64,000 bases of DNA, from NCBI GenBank assembly GCA_032718475.1, contig JAUCBJ010008544.1:6248-70247 (forward strand). Reading direction: 5' to 3'. Shown here one piece after another: positions 1-10,662 of this stretch. Origin of the DNA: Nemertoderma westbladi. Taxonomy: Eukaryota; Animalia; Xenacoelomorpha. The stretch's first letter is position 1; every line of letters begins with the position of its first letter. Made by a program: the position numbers and the translations under genes. The notes below the pieces were generated by a model that saw nothing but the letters and a program-made list of their open reading frames with translations, was not told the origin of the DNA and did not search any database.

Positions 1-6
1 CACGTA

Positions 7-1875
7 ATGTTACTGGGTATGGCATATAGCCTCGCATGTGGTTTGAATGTACAACTTACAGCGATTACAAGCGAAAGGGCAAGACTCTTAGGTGGTGAAC
101 ATCTCCACTTACTTTTCCCATTCCCTGTTAATGATTATAAATCAACATCAACGACCACTGGAATGGCTCAAGACTGCTTATTGATGTTAGCCAAAAATCC
201 CACCAAACTTGCTTTACTCAAACGATTAAATATAATTTTCTTTGAGGAAGTTGGCATGCTCTCATGTGAGTATCTCGCTAGCATTGATCTGGTTTTACGT
301 AGAATATGTAACACTCAGAGACCATTTGGTGGGAAATTATTTATTGCCTGCGGTGATCATAAACAGTTGGAGCCTGTTGAGGGTAGGCCTGTTTGGTTGA
401 GTACACATATTATAACAACGTTTAAACTTGCTGTATTAAGGCATTTTGTTCGCAGTGCCAATGATGATGAATTACAGCTTGTCATAATGATTCTACGCAC
501 AAACAACCCAACTGAAAATGAGGTGGATCAAATGATTAACATATTACGGAGGCGTTGCACTTTCGTTGATAGTTGGGATGATGTGCAAGACGATGTGTTA
601 AAAGTTGTTGGAACTAGAGCGGCTGAGCAGAAAGTGCTCCAGAAATACCTTACTTCACATCGAGGTGAGGTAGGGACAATATGTATCAACAGCCGTGATC
701 AAGTAAATAGTGGGAATCCATCAGAGGAAAATTTATGGAGGGATACAGATGCAAGTAACATCATCAGATCCATAAGTAAATCGGTTCGTGAACCAAAAGA
801 ATTGATTTTATTCCCAGACCAGATACTTCGTTTTACATATAATCGACATTCTGACCATCCTGCATTTTCGAATGGGCAATTATTTATTGTTAATAAAGTG
901 CCTGCTGATTCAAGTGATTCATTGGATGGAAGTATTGTACCTAAAGGTTGCCGACGTGTAAACCAAGAAGATGCTCAAATGTGGCCGACAGTCAAACTAT
1001 TTCAGCGTAAACTTCCCCCCCCGGTTATAGTTGGTTATGGTAGTAACGCTTTAATGGGTAGACGAATACAATTTCCTGTCCGCTACTTTGGAGCATGCAC
1101 TATTCATGGAGTTCAAGGTCAGGATTGTTTATGTATAGCAACTCAGATATCCCTTGACATGACTAGTGTGTTTAGGATTTGGCTTAAAACTCAAGTAATT
1201 ACACTCATTTCAAGAATTTCGAATCTTGATAGATTTATATTTGTGGGTTCCAAGGTGGAAACTTTTAACTGCATTCGGATTTTAGCAAGTAAAAAGTCGC
1301 CAAATCAAGAATATATTGATCATTTATTACGACGTCTTAATGTCCTTAGTGATCAACCGGTGGAACCTATAACATTTGCTCATTGTCCTATATTACCATA
1401 TTATAGGGATATTCCAACGTCACATACCGGCTTTGTGTATATGTTAATTAGTATTAGGTACCCTGATAAAGTAACTTATACAGGACAAACCGAAGAATTG
1501 AAATCAAGATTTCGGTGCCACCAGAATAAAACTGGTTCTGACTTTACAAAGAATCCAGCATATCATCCCTGGGCTCTACATGCATTCATTAGTGGGTTCC
1601 CTGGGGAAGCAAAGGGGGATCTTAATAAAAAATTCCGTAAAGAATTTGAAGATGATTGGCATTTCACAACAGATACCCCAAGAGGAGGTGGTAACACAAC
1701 TCTTGGACGAGAGTATATATATAATGTTGGTGTTGAAATGGTTAGAACTTGGAATGCTAATAAATATTATAAAGATGAATCAGGAGAAAATAAGAAATTT
1801 AACCTCATAATGTGTCGTTGTCAAGAAATTGACGATGGTATTGTAGTAGAGGAACCTGATGAACCTGATCCATAG
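7..1875 (+). CDS. PIF1-family SF1B helicase (5'-incomplete, frame open to window edge) fused to a C-terminal GIY-YIG (SLX1-like) nuclease domain
   Basis: PIF1-like motifs: IIFFEEVGML (Walker B variant), PFGGKLFIACGDHKQLEPV, RIQFPV..ACTIHGVQG, QVITLISR. C-terminal GFVYML..VTYTGQT..LKSRFRCHQNKTGSDFT..PW matches the GIY-YIG pattern. Walker A is not in the window. Confidence 0.8.
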   Translation: MLLGMAYSLACGLNVQLTAITSERARLLGGEHLHLLFPFPVNDYKSTSTTTGMAQDCLLMLAKNPTKLALLKRLNIIFFEEVGMLSCEYLASIDLVLRRICNTQRPFGGKLFIACGDHKQLEPVEGRPVWLSTHIITTFKLAVLRHFVRSANDDELQLVIMILRTNNPTENEVDQMINILRRRCTFVDSWDDVQDDVLKVVGTRAAEQKVLQKYLTSHRGEVGTICINSRDQVNSGNPSEENLWRDTDASNIIRSISKSVREPKELILFPDQILRFTYNRHSDHPAFSNGQLFIVNKVPADSSDSLDGSIVPKGCRRVNQEDAQMWPTVKLFQRKLPPPVIVGYGSNALMGRRIQFPVRYFGACTIHGVQGQDCLCIATQISLDMTSVFRIWLKTQVITLISRISNLDRFIFVGSKVETFNCIRILASKKSPNQEYIDHLLRRLNVLSDQPVEPITFAHCPILPYYRDIPTSHTGFVYMLISIRYPDKVTYTGQTEELKSRFRCHQNKTGSDFTKNPAYHPWALHAFISGFPGEAKGDLNKKFRKEFEDDWHFTTDTPRGGGNTTLGREYIYNVGVEMVRTWNANKYYKDESGENKKFNLIMCRCQEIDDGIVVEEPDEPDP

Positions 1876-2555
1876 ATACAATTTACTATATGGACTAAAT
1901 TGCTATCTCAAATACTCTTATAATTTAGCATCATTCCAATTTTATCACCCCAGTTAATAGCATGTTCACTATTATAGTTGAGGTGTACATAGTTGAGTTG
2001 CCATAATAATTGTGATATATACTAAAATAGCATTGCAATTTTATATCAGAAATAATTAAACTCTATTATTATGCAGACTACATTTAATCAGTCATTCATT
2101 TCACCTGTGCTCTAAGTACCCCTATAAACGGCTCTGCTGACCAGTACAGTTTACCGTAGAAACTCATTATCATTTTCGCTCACTTCCCGAAAGGTCGTTG
2201 AGTCATATCATTGGTTGAGAAAATGATGGTTTGCATTACATACTAAAACAGAGTTGCTATTATTATTTCAGAAATAATATTATGGCATAGTACCTACTTA
2301 CCAACCAGCATTACTTGCTAGGAATAGGAAGTAGTATAGTAAATTATACTGGCAGCCCAATCAATCAATACAATAATATTAGATCATTGTAACATTCTGG
2401 AAACTATTCAGGATTTATTATAAAATACAATGAGATGATTACTAATATTAAGAGAGGATGATGTTTGGCTGAGAGGCCAACCAATTATTGATGGGTTGCA
2501 GTATAATAAAGGTGGAGATTGGTATGGCTAAAGGGGAGGATGGAGGCCATATTTA

Positions 2556-3917
2556 TTCAGTGCACACTGAATATCATACTATAATAAAGGTGGAGATTGG
2601 TATGGCTAAAGGGGCGGATGGAGGCCATATTTTTTCAGTGCACACTGAATATAGTACAACAATTAGTTAGTTACCTTATAGAGTTGAACATATACTGAGA
2701 ATATAATGCAGAATGAATAAAACACACACTGCATATAACATACAGTTACATACACTGACTTGATCACCCCCACATACAACTACACACAAAAATAAATTAT
2801 TTATTCAATTATTGCTTAAGGTATGATAAGAGTATGAATTTTAAACAATAAAAAATCCGATAAAAAATATATCGGATAACAAACACCCTATATAACCAGG
2901 AGCTACAGATAAAACTCCTTGGAGTATAAAAATGTACAAGAAACTCATCATTGAGTTTGTACAGTCACACTCAGCAATGAGTGGCTAACTATACGGACTA
3001 ATAGTCCTGTATAAAGGGTACTTTCGTGGTACCAACCTGTATAATGGGTACTTAATTAGTACCAATAAAAGCTTCTAAATATTGTGGGTGTTTGTTATTT
3101 TACATTTCAAGATTTAAGATATTTATTTGAATGAAATCTAATCATATCTCTATCAATATTTGATTAATCCTAAAATCAGACACCGAATGAACCGACTCCC
3201 CGACTCCAGACACTGAAGGGACCGACTCCAGACACTTTCAGTGCACACTGAATATCATACTATAATAAAGGTGGAGATTGGTATGGCTAAAGGGGCGGAT
3301 GGAGGCCATATTTTTTCAGTGCACACTGAATATAGTACAACAATTAGTTAGTTACCTTATAGAGTTGAACATATACTGAGAATATAATGCAGAATGAATA
3401 AAACACACACTGCATATAACATACAGTTACATACACTGACTTGATCACCCCCACATACAACTACACACAAAAATAAATTATTTATTCAATTATTGCTTAA
3501 GGTATGATAAGAGTATGAATTTTAAACAATAAAAAATCCGATAAAAAATATATCGGATAACAAACACCCTATATAACCAGGAGCTACAGATAAAACTCCT
3601 TGGAGTATAAAAATGTACAAGAAACTCATCATTGAGTTTGTACAGTCACACTCAGCAATGAGTGGCTAACTATACGGACTAATAGTCCTGTATAAAGGGT
3701 ACTTTCGTGGTACCAACCTGTATAATGGGTACTTAATTAGTACCAATAAAAGCTTCTAAATATTGTGGGTGTTTGTTATTTTACATTTCAAGATTTAAGA
3801 TATTTATTTGAATGAAATCTAATCATATCTCTATCAATATTTGATTAATCCTAAAATCAGACACCGAATGAACCGACTCCCCGACTCCAGACACTGAAGG
3901 GACCGACTCCAGACACT
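2556..3917. repeat. Near-perfect 681-bp tandem duplication (2556-3236 / 3237-3917)
   Basis: TGCACACTGAATATCATACT at 2561 and 3242; identity continues to GACCGACTCCAGACACT. Preceded by a 78-bp tandem duplication (about 2500-2655). Confidence 0.9.
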
Positions 3918-4260
3918 GAAGGGACTGACTCACCGACTCCAGACACTGAACGGACCGACTCACCATCTCCAAACACCGAAGGAACAGACTCACCGAGTCT
4001 AGACCCTGAATCGCCAACCAGAGACACTTGAGGGACCGAATCACCAATCCCAGACACTTGAGGGACCGACTCACCAACCCAAGACACTGAAGGGACAGAC
4101 TCACTCACTCCAGACACTGAAGGAACCGAGTTACTGACTCCAGTCACTTGATGAAACGACTCACCAACCCCAGACACCGAAGGAACTGACTCACCGACTC
4201 CAGACACCTGATTAACCGACTCACCAACCTGCAGACTCTTCAGGGATCGAATCACCTACC
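3870..4260. repeat. Degenerate ~30-bp minisatellite (CCGACTCCAGACACTGAAGGGACCGACTCA)
   Basis: Tandem units visible; they produce the spurious VSGVGESVPS ORFs. Confidence 0.85.
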
Positions 4261-4945
4261 GCACTGAGTAGAAAACACACTGATTTGAAAACATGCTGAG
4301 TAGAAAACCAACTGAGTAGAAAACACATTGCGTATAACACACACTTGTATAACTCACACTTAGTAAATCACATACTGAGTAGAACACAACAATTAGTTAT
4401 ATTACTGAGTAGAATACACTGAATGCACACTAAGTAGAAGATTACTAAGTAGATTTTTGTATCATGTCATAAGACACTGTGATGGAATTAATTGATTCCA
4501 ATAAACATCAATTTCCAGATAACTCAAGATATTATTCATACAATTCGTCTCAGTCTATTCAGTCTGAGTCTGAGATATTGAATGTAGTAGAGAAAATGTA
4601 GAAAACACACTGAGTAGAAAACATACTGAGTAGAAAAATATTCTGAGTAGAAAACATACACAGTAGAAAAACAAACTGAGTAAAATACATCTGAATGTAA
4701 GACACACTACACTCACTGAATATATCTCATACTGAGTAGAACACAACAATTAGTTATATTACTGAGAAAAACAGATTCTGAATAGAATCCACACTGGGTA
4801 GATCACATACTGCATATAACACACACTCACTCAGTATATCACATATTGAGTAGAAGACAATAATTAGTGATATTACTGAGTAGAATATATGTTGAATACT
4901 AAGTACTAAGTTGCACACTAAGTAGAAGATTACTAAGTAGATTTG
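4261..4945. repeat. Degenerate ACTGAGTAGAAAACAC-type short repeats
   Basis: Many CTGAGTAGAA units. Confidence 0.7.
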
Positions 4946-4999
4946 TATATCATATCAAGAAGACAATCTGATTGAGTTGATTCCCAATTTCATGGACTA

Positions 5000-6880
5000 C
5001 CACTAGGTGATGTTAATTATATCTTCCCTCCATCCACTCAATTTCATTTTATATGGCATTTTTAATGACAAAAAAACTGTAACCTCTTTGTTCTATTGTG
5101 TTTAGTTTATTGTTTTGGTTAAAATAAAGTGCCACTGTCAATGTCAATGTCAGTGTCAATGTCAACCACTGCATGAATTTCGATGAATTTATCTTAGAGT
5201 TATGTATGAATTGTTCCCCATTACTATTAATGGTTTTGAATTAAAGTTGTGAGTTGTAAGTTGTGACTGGTGGTGATACACAATTTAATTGTCTACTACT
5301 AGATGATGTTACTTATCTCTTCTCTCCATCCACTCAATATCATTTTATACCGCTAGATGTTGCTAGATATATTTTCATCTGGTCTTACTTACTGACTCTT
5401 GTTTTGCCCAAAGACCCCATAATTATGTGCCCAGATACCATATTCAACGCAAATAACAGGTGATTACTCTCAAAAATTTAACTGTAACCTGTTCTATTGT
5501 ATTAAGTTTATTGTTTTGGTTAAAATAAAGTGCCACTGTAGTGTCAATGTTAACCACTGCATGAATTTCGATGAAACGTTCTTAGAGTTATGTATGAATT
5601 GTTCCCCATTACTATTAATGCTTTTGAATTAAAGTAAGTAGTGACTGGTGGTGATACACAATTTAATGGTCTACTACTAGATGATGTTAATTATATCTTC
5701 CCTCCATCCACTCAATATCATTTTATACCGCTAGATGTTGCTAAATATATTTTCATCTGGTCTTACTTACTGACTCTTGTTTTGCCCAAAGACCCCATAA
5801 TTATGTGCCCAGATACCATATTCAACGCAAATAACAGGTGATTACTCTCAAAAATTTAACTGTAACCTGTTCTATTGTATTTAGTTTATTGTTTTGGTTA
5901 AAATAACGTGCCACTGTAACGTGCTCCAATTTCAACCACTGTATGAATTTTGATGAAACTTACTTATTGTTATGTATGAATGGTTCTCCATTACTTAAAG
6001 CTCTGTATACCTATACTGGTATTGTCTTTATAATTAGATCAGTGATACGTTGTGTAGTAAATGTTATATGTTATGTACTTATGTATATAATAATAATCAT
6101 GTGACAACTCTTCTCGGGTTGGTATTATGATGCCAACTATTTTATAGTTGGTGAATTGGATGTACTGAATGAACTGATCAGATGAACTGAATGTAGAAAC
6201 TGTCACTTAATTATTATTAGTTAGAAATTAGTTAGACCACAAAATTCTTTCATCAAGGATCACTCATCTAATTATAAAGACAATCTGCAATGCTTCTAAA
6301 GCAAACAGGGTATGTTGACGGTACAGCTGATGCTGAATTATGTGATGGTCCATACCGGTATTACTGTATTACTGTATTAAACCTGTTCTATTGTATTTAG
6401 TTTATTGTTTTGGTTAAAATAACATGCCACTGTAACCTGCTGCTCCAATTTCAACCATTGCATGAATATTGATGAAACTTAATTAGAGTTGTGTATGAAT
6501 TGTTATCCAGTACTTAAAGCTCTTACCACTGCTAAATGGCGCTAAATTTTGCTTCGTTTAGGCTTAATAATTACAACCAATGCATGAATTCGCAATAAAT
6601 TCATCCCTCTCCAGTGGAAATTCGAAGCAAATAACAGGTGATTACTGATTACTCTCAAAAATTTAACTGTAACCTGTTCTATTGTATTTAGTTTATTGTT
6701 TTGGTTAAAATAACATGCCACTGTAACCTGCTCCAATTTCAACCATTACATGAATATTGATGAAACTTACTTAGAGTTATGTATGAATTGTTATCCAGTA
6801 CTTAAAGCTCTTACCTCTGCTAATCGGCGCTAAATTTTACTCCGTTTAGGCTTAATAATTACAACCAATGCATGAATACT
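5000..6880. repeat. ~378-bp tandem repeat and related shorter copies
   Basis: Duplicated segments at 5263 and 5641 (offset 378). TTTATTGTTTTGGTTAAAATAA recurs near 5106, 5506, 5885, 6400 and 6690. Confidence 0.8.
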
Positions 6881-7156
6881 GATGAATACTGAATATGGCA
6901 CGGAGTTGTACTGGGTAGGATAATATTGTCACTTATTATTATTAGTTAGATATTAGTTAGTTAGTTAGATATTCATTAGTTTTTATATCATTGAGTCACA
7001 AAAAATAAATCTGCAAGGATCAGTCAGCTAAATCTCTTTAAAATTATATTTGTGCTTATTGTATATTGGTGTACCTATCCTATACCCATACTGGTAGTAG
7101 TTATGTTGTGCAGTATATATTATGTTATTTCTGTATATATATATATATAATAATAA

Positions 7157-7298
7157 AGCGTGATGGTGCAATATAGCAATGAAAGCGTGATGGCGCAATA
7201 TAGCAATGAAAGCGTGATGGCGCAATATAGCAATGAAAGCGTGATGGCGCAATATAGCAATGAAAGCGTGATGGCGCAATATAGCAATTAAAGCGTGA
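7157..7298. repeat. 27-bp tandem repeat (GCAATATAGCAATGAAAGCGTGATGGC), about 5 copies
   Basis: Seen directly. Confidence 0.9.
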
Positions 7299-8630
7299 TA
7301 TTCATTTTTTTTTTTTTTTACTTTTAGCAAGGAACAAATTGTATAATTCGAATAGTGGATACTTTCAAATTAAAGATTCATCAATTACACCAACAAACAA
7401 TTGGCATTAAAATAAAGACAATTTGAAGATACTGAATAATTATAACTATATAATATGTAAAGATACTGATTGACATCAACACTCCAAATTCATAAAAATG
7501 AATTATATTCCTCAGTCGTGGTGTCGGTAGTGTCGTGGTGTCGGTGTGTCATTTTCCCCTATTCCTAACTCGGTCCCCATTGGAAACGCAGCTTGAGTAC
7601 GAAACTCTCTACTCATCACTGTATAACATAAGTAGGCCTCTGTCTTACTATATATATATTTACCATATATGGATACTATATACATTTGCCATATATATAA
7701 ACTCAGTATGTAGTCTGTCGGTAATGCGCTTCCCTTTGTCAGTCTAGGGGTCCCTGTATGGTGTCGCGGCGTCAGTGGTGTCACGGTGTGCAATAGGGTT
7801 CTGGTAATAGAGTTACCTCGATTATGTCAATATTTCATAATTAAGTTCCAGAACTACATAAAGAACATTAATGGTAAGTAAGTTATATTATATATTACAT
7901 ATATATTATATTAATTATAGTATATTTTATTTAACAATATCCTACTGCCTAGCTATATTATACTAACTATAACTGTTCATCAGTGTACAACTTGTAGTTG
8001 TTGGTGTTGTGCTTAATATCATAATATTATTGTTTTATTGTCAATAAACAATATATAAGGAAACAGTTTATACAGTATTATTAGGCTATATTACCGGTGC
8101 CACCAGTGACCAGTGTTAGTTATTCATATGTGCTATTAGTAGGCCTATATTACTGGTTGCTATTCATCATTATAAATCATTTCTTGCTCTCTTATCGCTG
8201 CCTATTCAACAGTATACAGTATTTGTTGGCTTCTATTACCGGTGGTTATTCATCAGTGTTATTAGTAGGTCTCTATTACAGTATTAGTAGGCTTCTATTA
8301 CTGGTTCTTATTGATCAGTGTTATTAGTATTCCTCTATTACAGTATTAGTAGGCTTCTATTACCGGTTGTTATTCATCAGTGTTATGAGTAGGTCTCTAT
8401 TACAGTATTAGTAGGCTTCTATTACTGGTTCTTATTGATCAGTGTTATTAGTAGGCCTCTATTACAGTATTAGTAGGCTTCTATTACCGGTTGTTATTCA
8501 TCAGTGTTATTAGTAGGCCTCTATTACAGTTTTAGTAGGCTTATATTACCGGTTCTTATTGATCAGTTTTATTAGTAGGCCTCTATTACAGTATTAGTAG
8601 GCTTCTATTACCGGTTCTTATTGATCAGTG

Positions 8631-10329
8631 CTCCCAAGCTCCCAAGCTCCTCAATAATGACAGGGTATTGCCTGATAACTTTATAGAAGTAAAGGTGTCT
8701 GAGTCTGTACTCCCAGATATTCCCATTGGCGATATCTCCTTTGCAGAAGTGAAGGCTGCTGCAAAGAGCATTAAGACCAATCGTGCCAGTGGAGTAGATG
8801 GTGTTCCCCCTGAGGTCTTTAAAATACCTGAGTGTTTAAAGCTCATCTATCCCATCATAGTAGACATGTACCGTACAACAAGAGTCCCACAAGAAATGAA
8901 AACAAATAAGTTGGTGCCAGTTCCCAAGAAGGGCAACCTAACACTCTATGGTTCTTTTCGGGGAATCTCATTGATCTCGATTGCTGCAAAGCTATACAAT
9001 AGGATTCTATTAAATCGCATCAGGGATCCCATTGAGAGCCTGCTCCGTGGAAATCAGAATGGGTTCCGTAAAGGTCGTGGGACCATGGAGCCCATTTTGG
9101 CACTTAGAAGGATAATTGAAGAATTATCAAAAAAGAAAGACAGGCATCTGGCTGTTATCTTTGTTGACTTCTTCAAGGCCTTTGATTCAGTCTCTCGCTC
9201 ACGTATGTTCAGCATACTTTCATTATATGGGATTCCTGATGAAATTATTGCAGCAATCAGATCAGTATACGATGGTTCGACAACATTTGTGTCTACTGTT
9301 GACGGTGACACAGAACCATTTGAAGTGTTATGGGGCGTCCTCCAGGGAGACACACTTGCACCATTCTTGTTCATTATTGTGGTTGACTATGTTCTACGCA
9401 TGTCCTTAGATCATCATAATGATGATGGGGTGATGATAACTCCACCTACTGGCTCCAGAAGTCGAGGAAATCCTTCCAAGTACCTAACTGATCTAGACTT
9501 TGCTGATGACTTAGGAGTACTCTCAGAATCATTAGAGGGAGCCCAACGGCTCCTCAGCTCATTAGAACATGCTGCTTCTAGTGTTGGTCTTTTTATTAAC
9601 TCCAGAAAGACCAAAATTCTGACAGTTAACTTTGAAAGTCCTCAGCAAGTCTCTGATCGGATGAGCATAAGCTCAAAGGATGGTATGCTTGAGCATGTGG
9701 ACGACTTCTGTTACCTGGGATCATGGATCCGGAAGTCAGGTGAGGACCTTCGAATACGTAAGGGAAAGGCATGGGCAGCCTTGAATAGGCTTTCCAGGAT
9801 TTGGAAGTCACCGAGAATTAATCGGAAACTTAAGGTCCGATTATTTAGAGCAGCAGTAGTTCCAGTACTCCTCTATGGGAGTCCATGCTGGGCTCTAACT
9901 GCTGAGGACACCAAATCTCTGGATGGCACATTCACAAGAATGCTACGCCGGGTTCATTGTGTCAAGTACAATGCACACATCTCCAACCAGACACTATATA
10001 ACATTGGAGGTGTCTCATTGGTTCCCCCAAGCTTGACAATAGAACAAAATCGCCTCCGCTTTGCAGGACATTGCTTTCGCCGTGAGGACCAGCCAGTGCA
10101 TAATCTTGTACTTTGGCAGCCTCATGGAGTGAATAAGCATGGTGGACAGCCCATGACTTTCTTGAGACGCATCTTAAAGGACACTGGCCTTAAAGATGCG
10201 GATGATCTAGCAAATGTCATGGGTGATAGGGAGTTGTGGCGGTGCAATTTTGTTGATAAGCCGGCACAGCATTCTTAAAAATGCAGCTGCAATGCAGCAT
10301 GCCGATCCTAGTCCTAGTAGTAGTACTAG
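8631..10329 (+). mobile_element. 5'-truncated non-LTR retrotransposon (RTE-like LINE)
   Basis: 12-bp TSD TATTGATCAGTG (8619-8630 and 10330-10341), RT ORF, very short 3' UTR ending in a (TAG)n-like tail; no endonuclease domain. Confidence 0.88.
8668..10278 (+). CDS. LINE reverse transcriptase domain (5'-truncated ORF, no true ATG start)
   Basis: Motifs ASGVDG, VPKKG, FRGISL, QNGFR, FVDFFKAFDSV, GVLQGDTLAPFLF, FADD, FCYLGS, RLRFAGH. Confidence 0.92.
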   Translation: MPDNFIEVKVSESVLPDIPIGDISFAEVKAAAKSIKTNRASGVDGVPPEVFKIPECLKLIYPIIVDMYRTTRVPQEMKTNKLVPVPKKGNLTLYGSFRGISLISIAAKLYNRILLNRIRDPIESLLRGNQNGFRKGRGTMEPILALRRIIEELSKKKDRHLAVIFVDFFKAFDSVSRSRMFSILSLYGIPDEIIAAIRSVYDGSTTFVSTVDGDTEPFEVLWGVLQGDTLAPFLFIIVVDYVLRMSLDHHNDDGVMITPPTGSRSRGNPSKYLTDLDFADDLGVLSESLEGAQRLLSSLEHAASSVGLFINSRKTKILTVNFESPQQVSDRMSISSKDGMLEHVDDFCYLGSWIRKSGEDLRIRKGKAWAALNRLSRIWKSPRINRKLKVRLFRAAVVPVLLYGSPCWALTAEDTKSLDGTFTRMLRRVHCVKYNAHISNQTLYNIGGVSLVPPSLTIEQNRLRFAGHCFRREDQPVHNLVLWQPHGVNKHGGQPMTFLRRILKDTGLKDADDLANVMGDRELWRCNFVDKPAQHS

Positions 10330-10662
10330 TATTGATCAGTGTTATTAGTATTCCTCTATTACAGTATTAGTAGGCTTCTATTACCGGTTGTGATTCATCA
10401 GTGTTATTAGTAGGCCTCTATTACAGTATTTGTAGTCTTCTATTACCGGTGGTTATTCGTCAGTGTTATTAGTAGGTCTCTATTACAGTATTAGTAGGCT
10501 TCTATTACCGGTTCTTATTGATCAGTGTTATTAGTAGGCCTCTATTACAGTATTAGTAGTCTTCTATTACCGGTGGTTATTCATCAGTGTTATTAGTAGG
10601 CTTCTATTACAGTATTAGTAGGCTTCTATTACTGGTTCTTATTGATCAGTGTTATTAGTAGG

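Larger units (their letters stand above)
8215..10662. repeat. ~62-bp satellite (TATTAGTAGGCCTCTATTACAGTATTAGTAGGCTTCTATTACCGGTT..ATCAGTGT) interrupted by a LINE
   Basis: Units at 8215-8630 resume at 10330-10662. Confidence 0.9.

Noticed and set aside
7565-7615. Hammerhead-like TGAG..CGAAAC
   Set aside because: No CTGANGA core or supporting stems.
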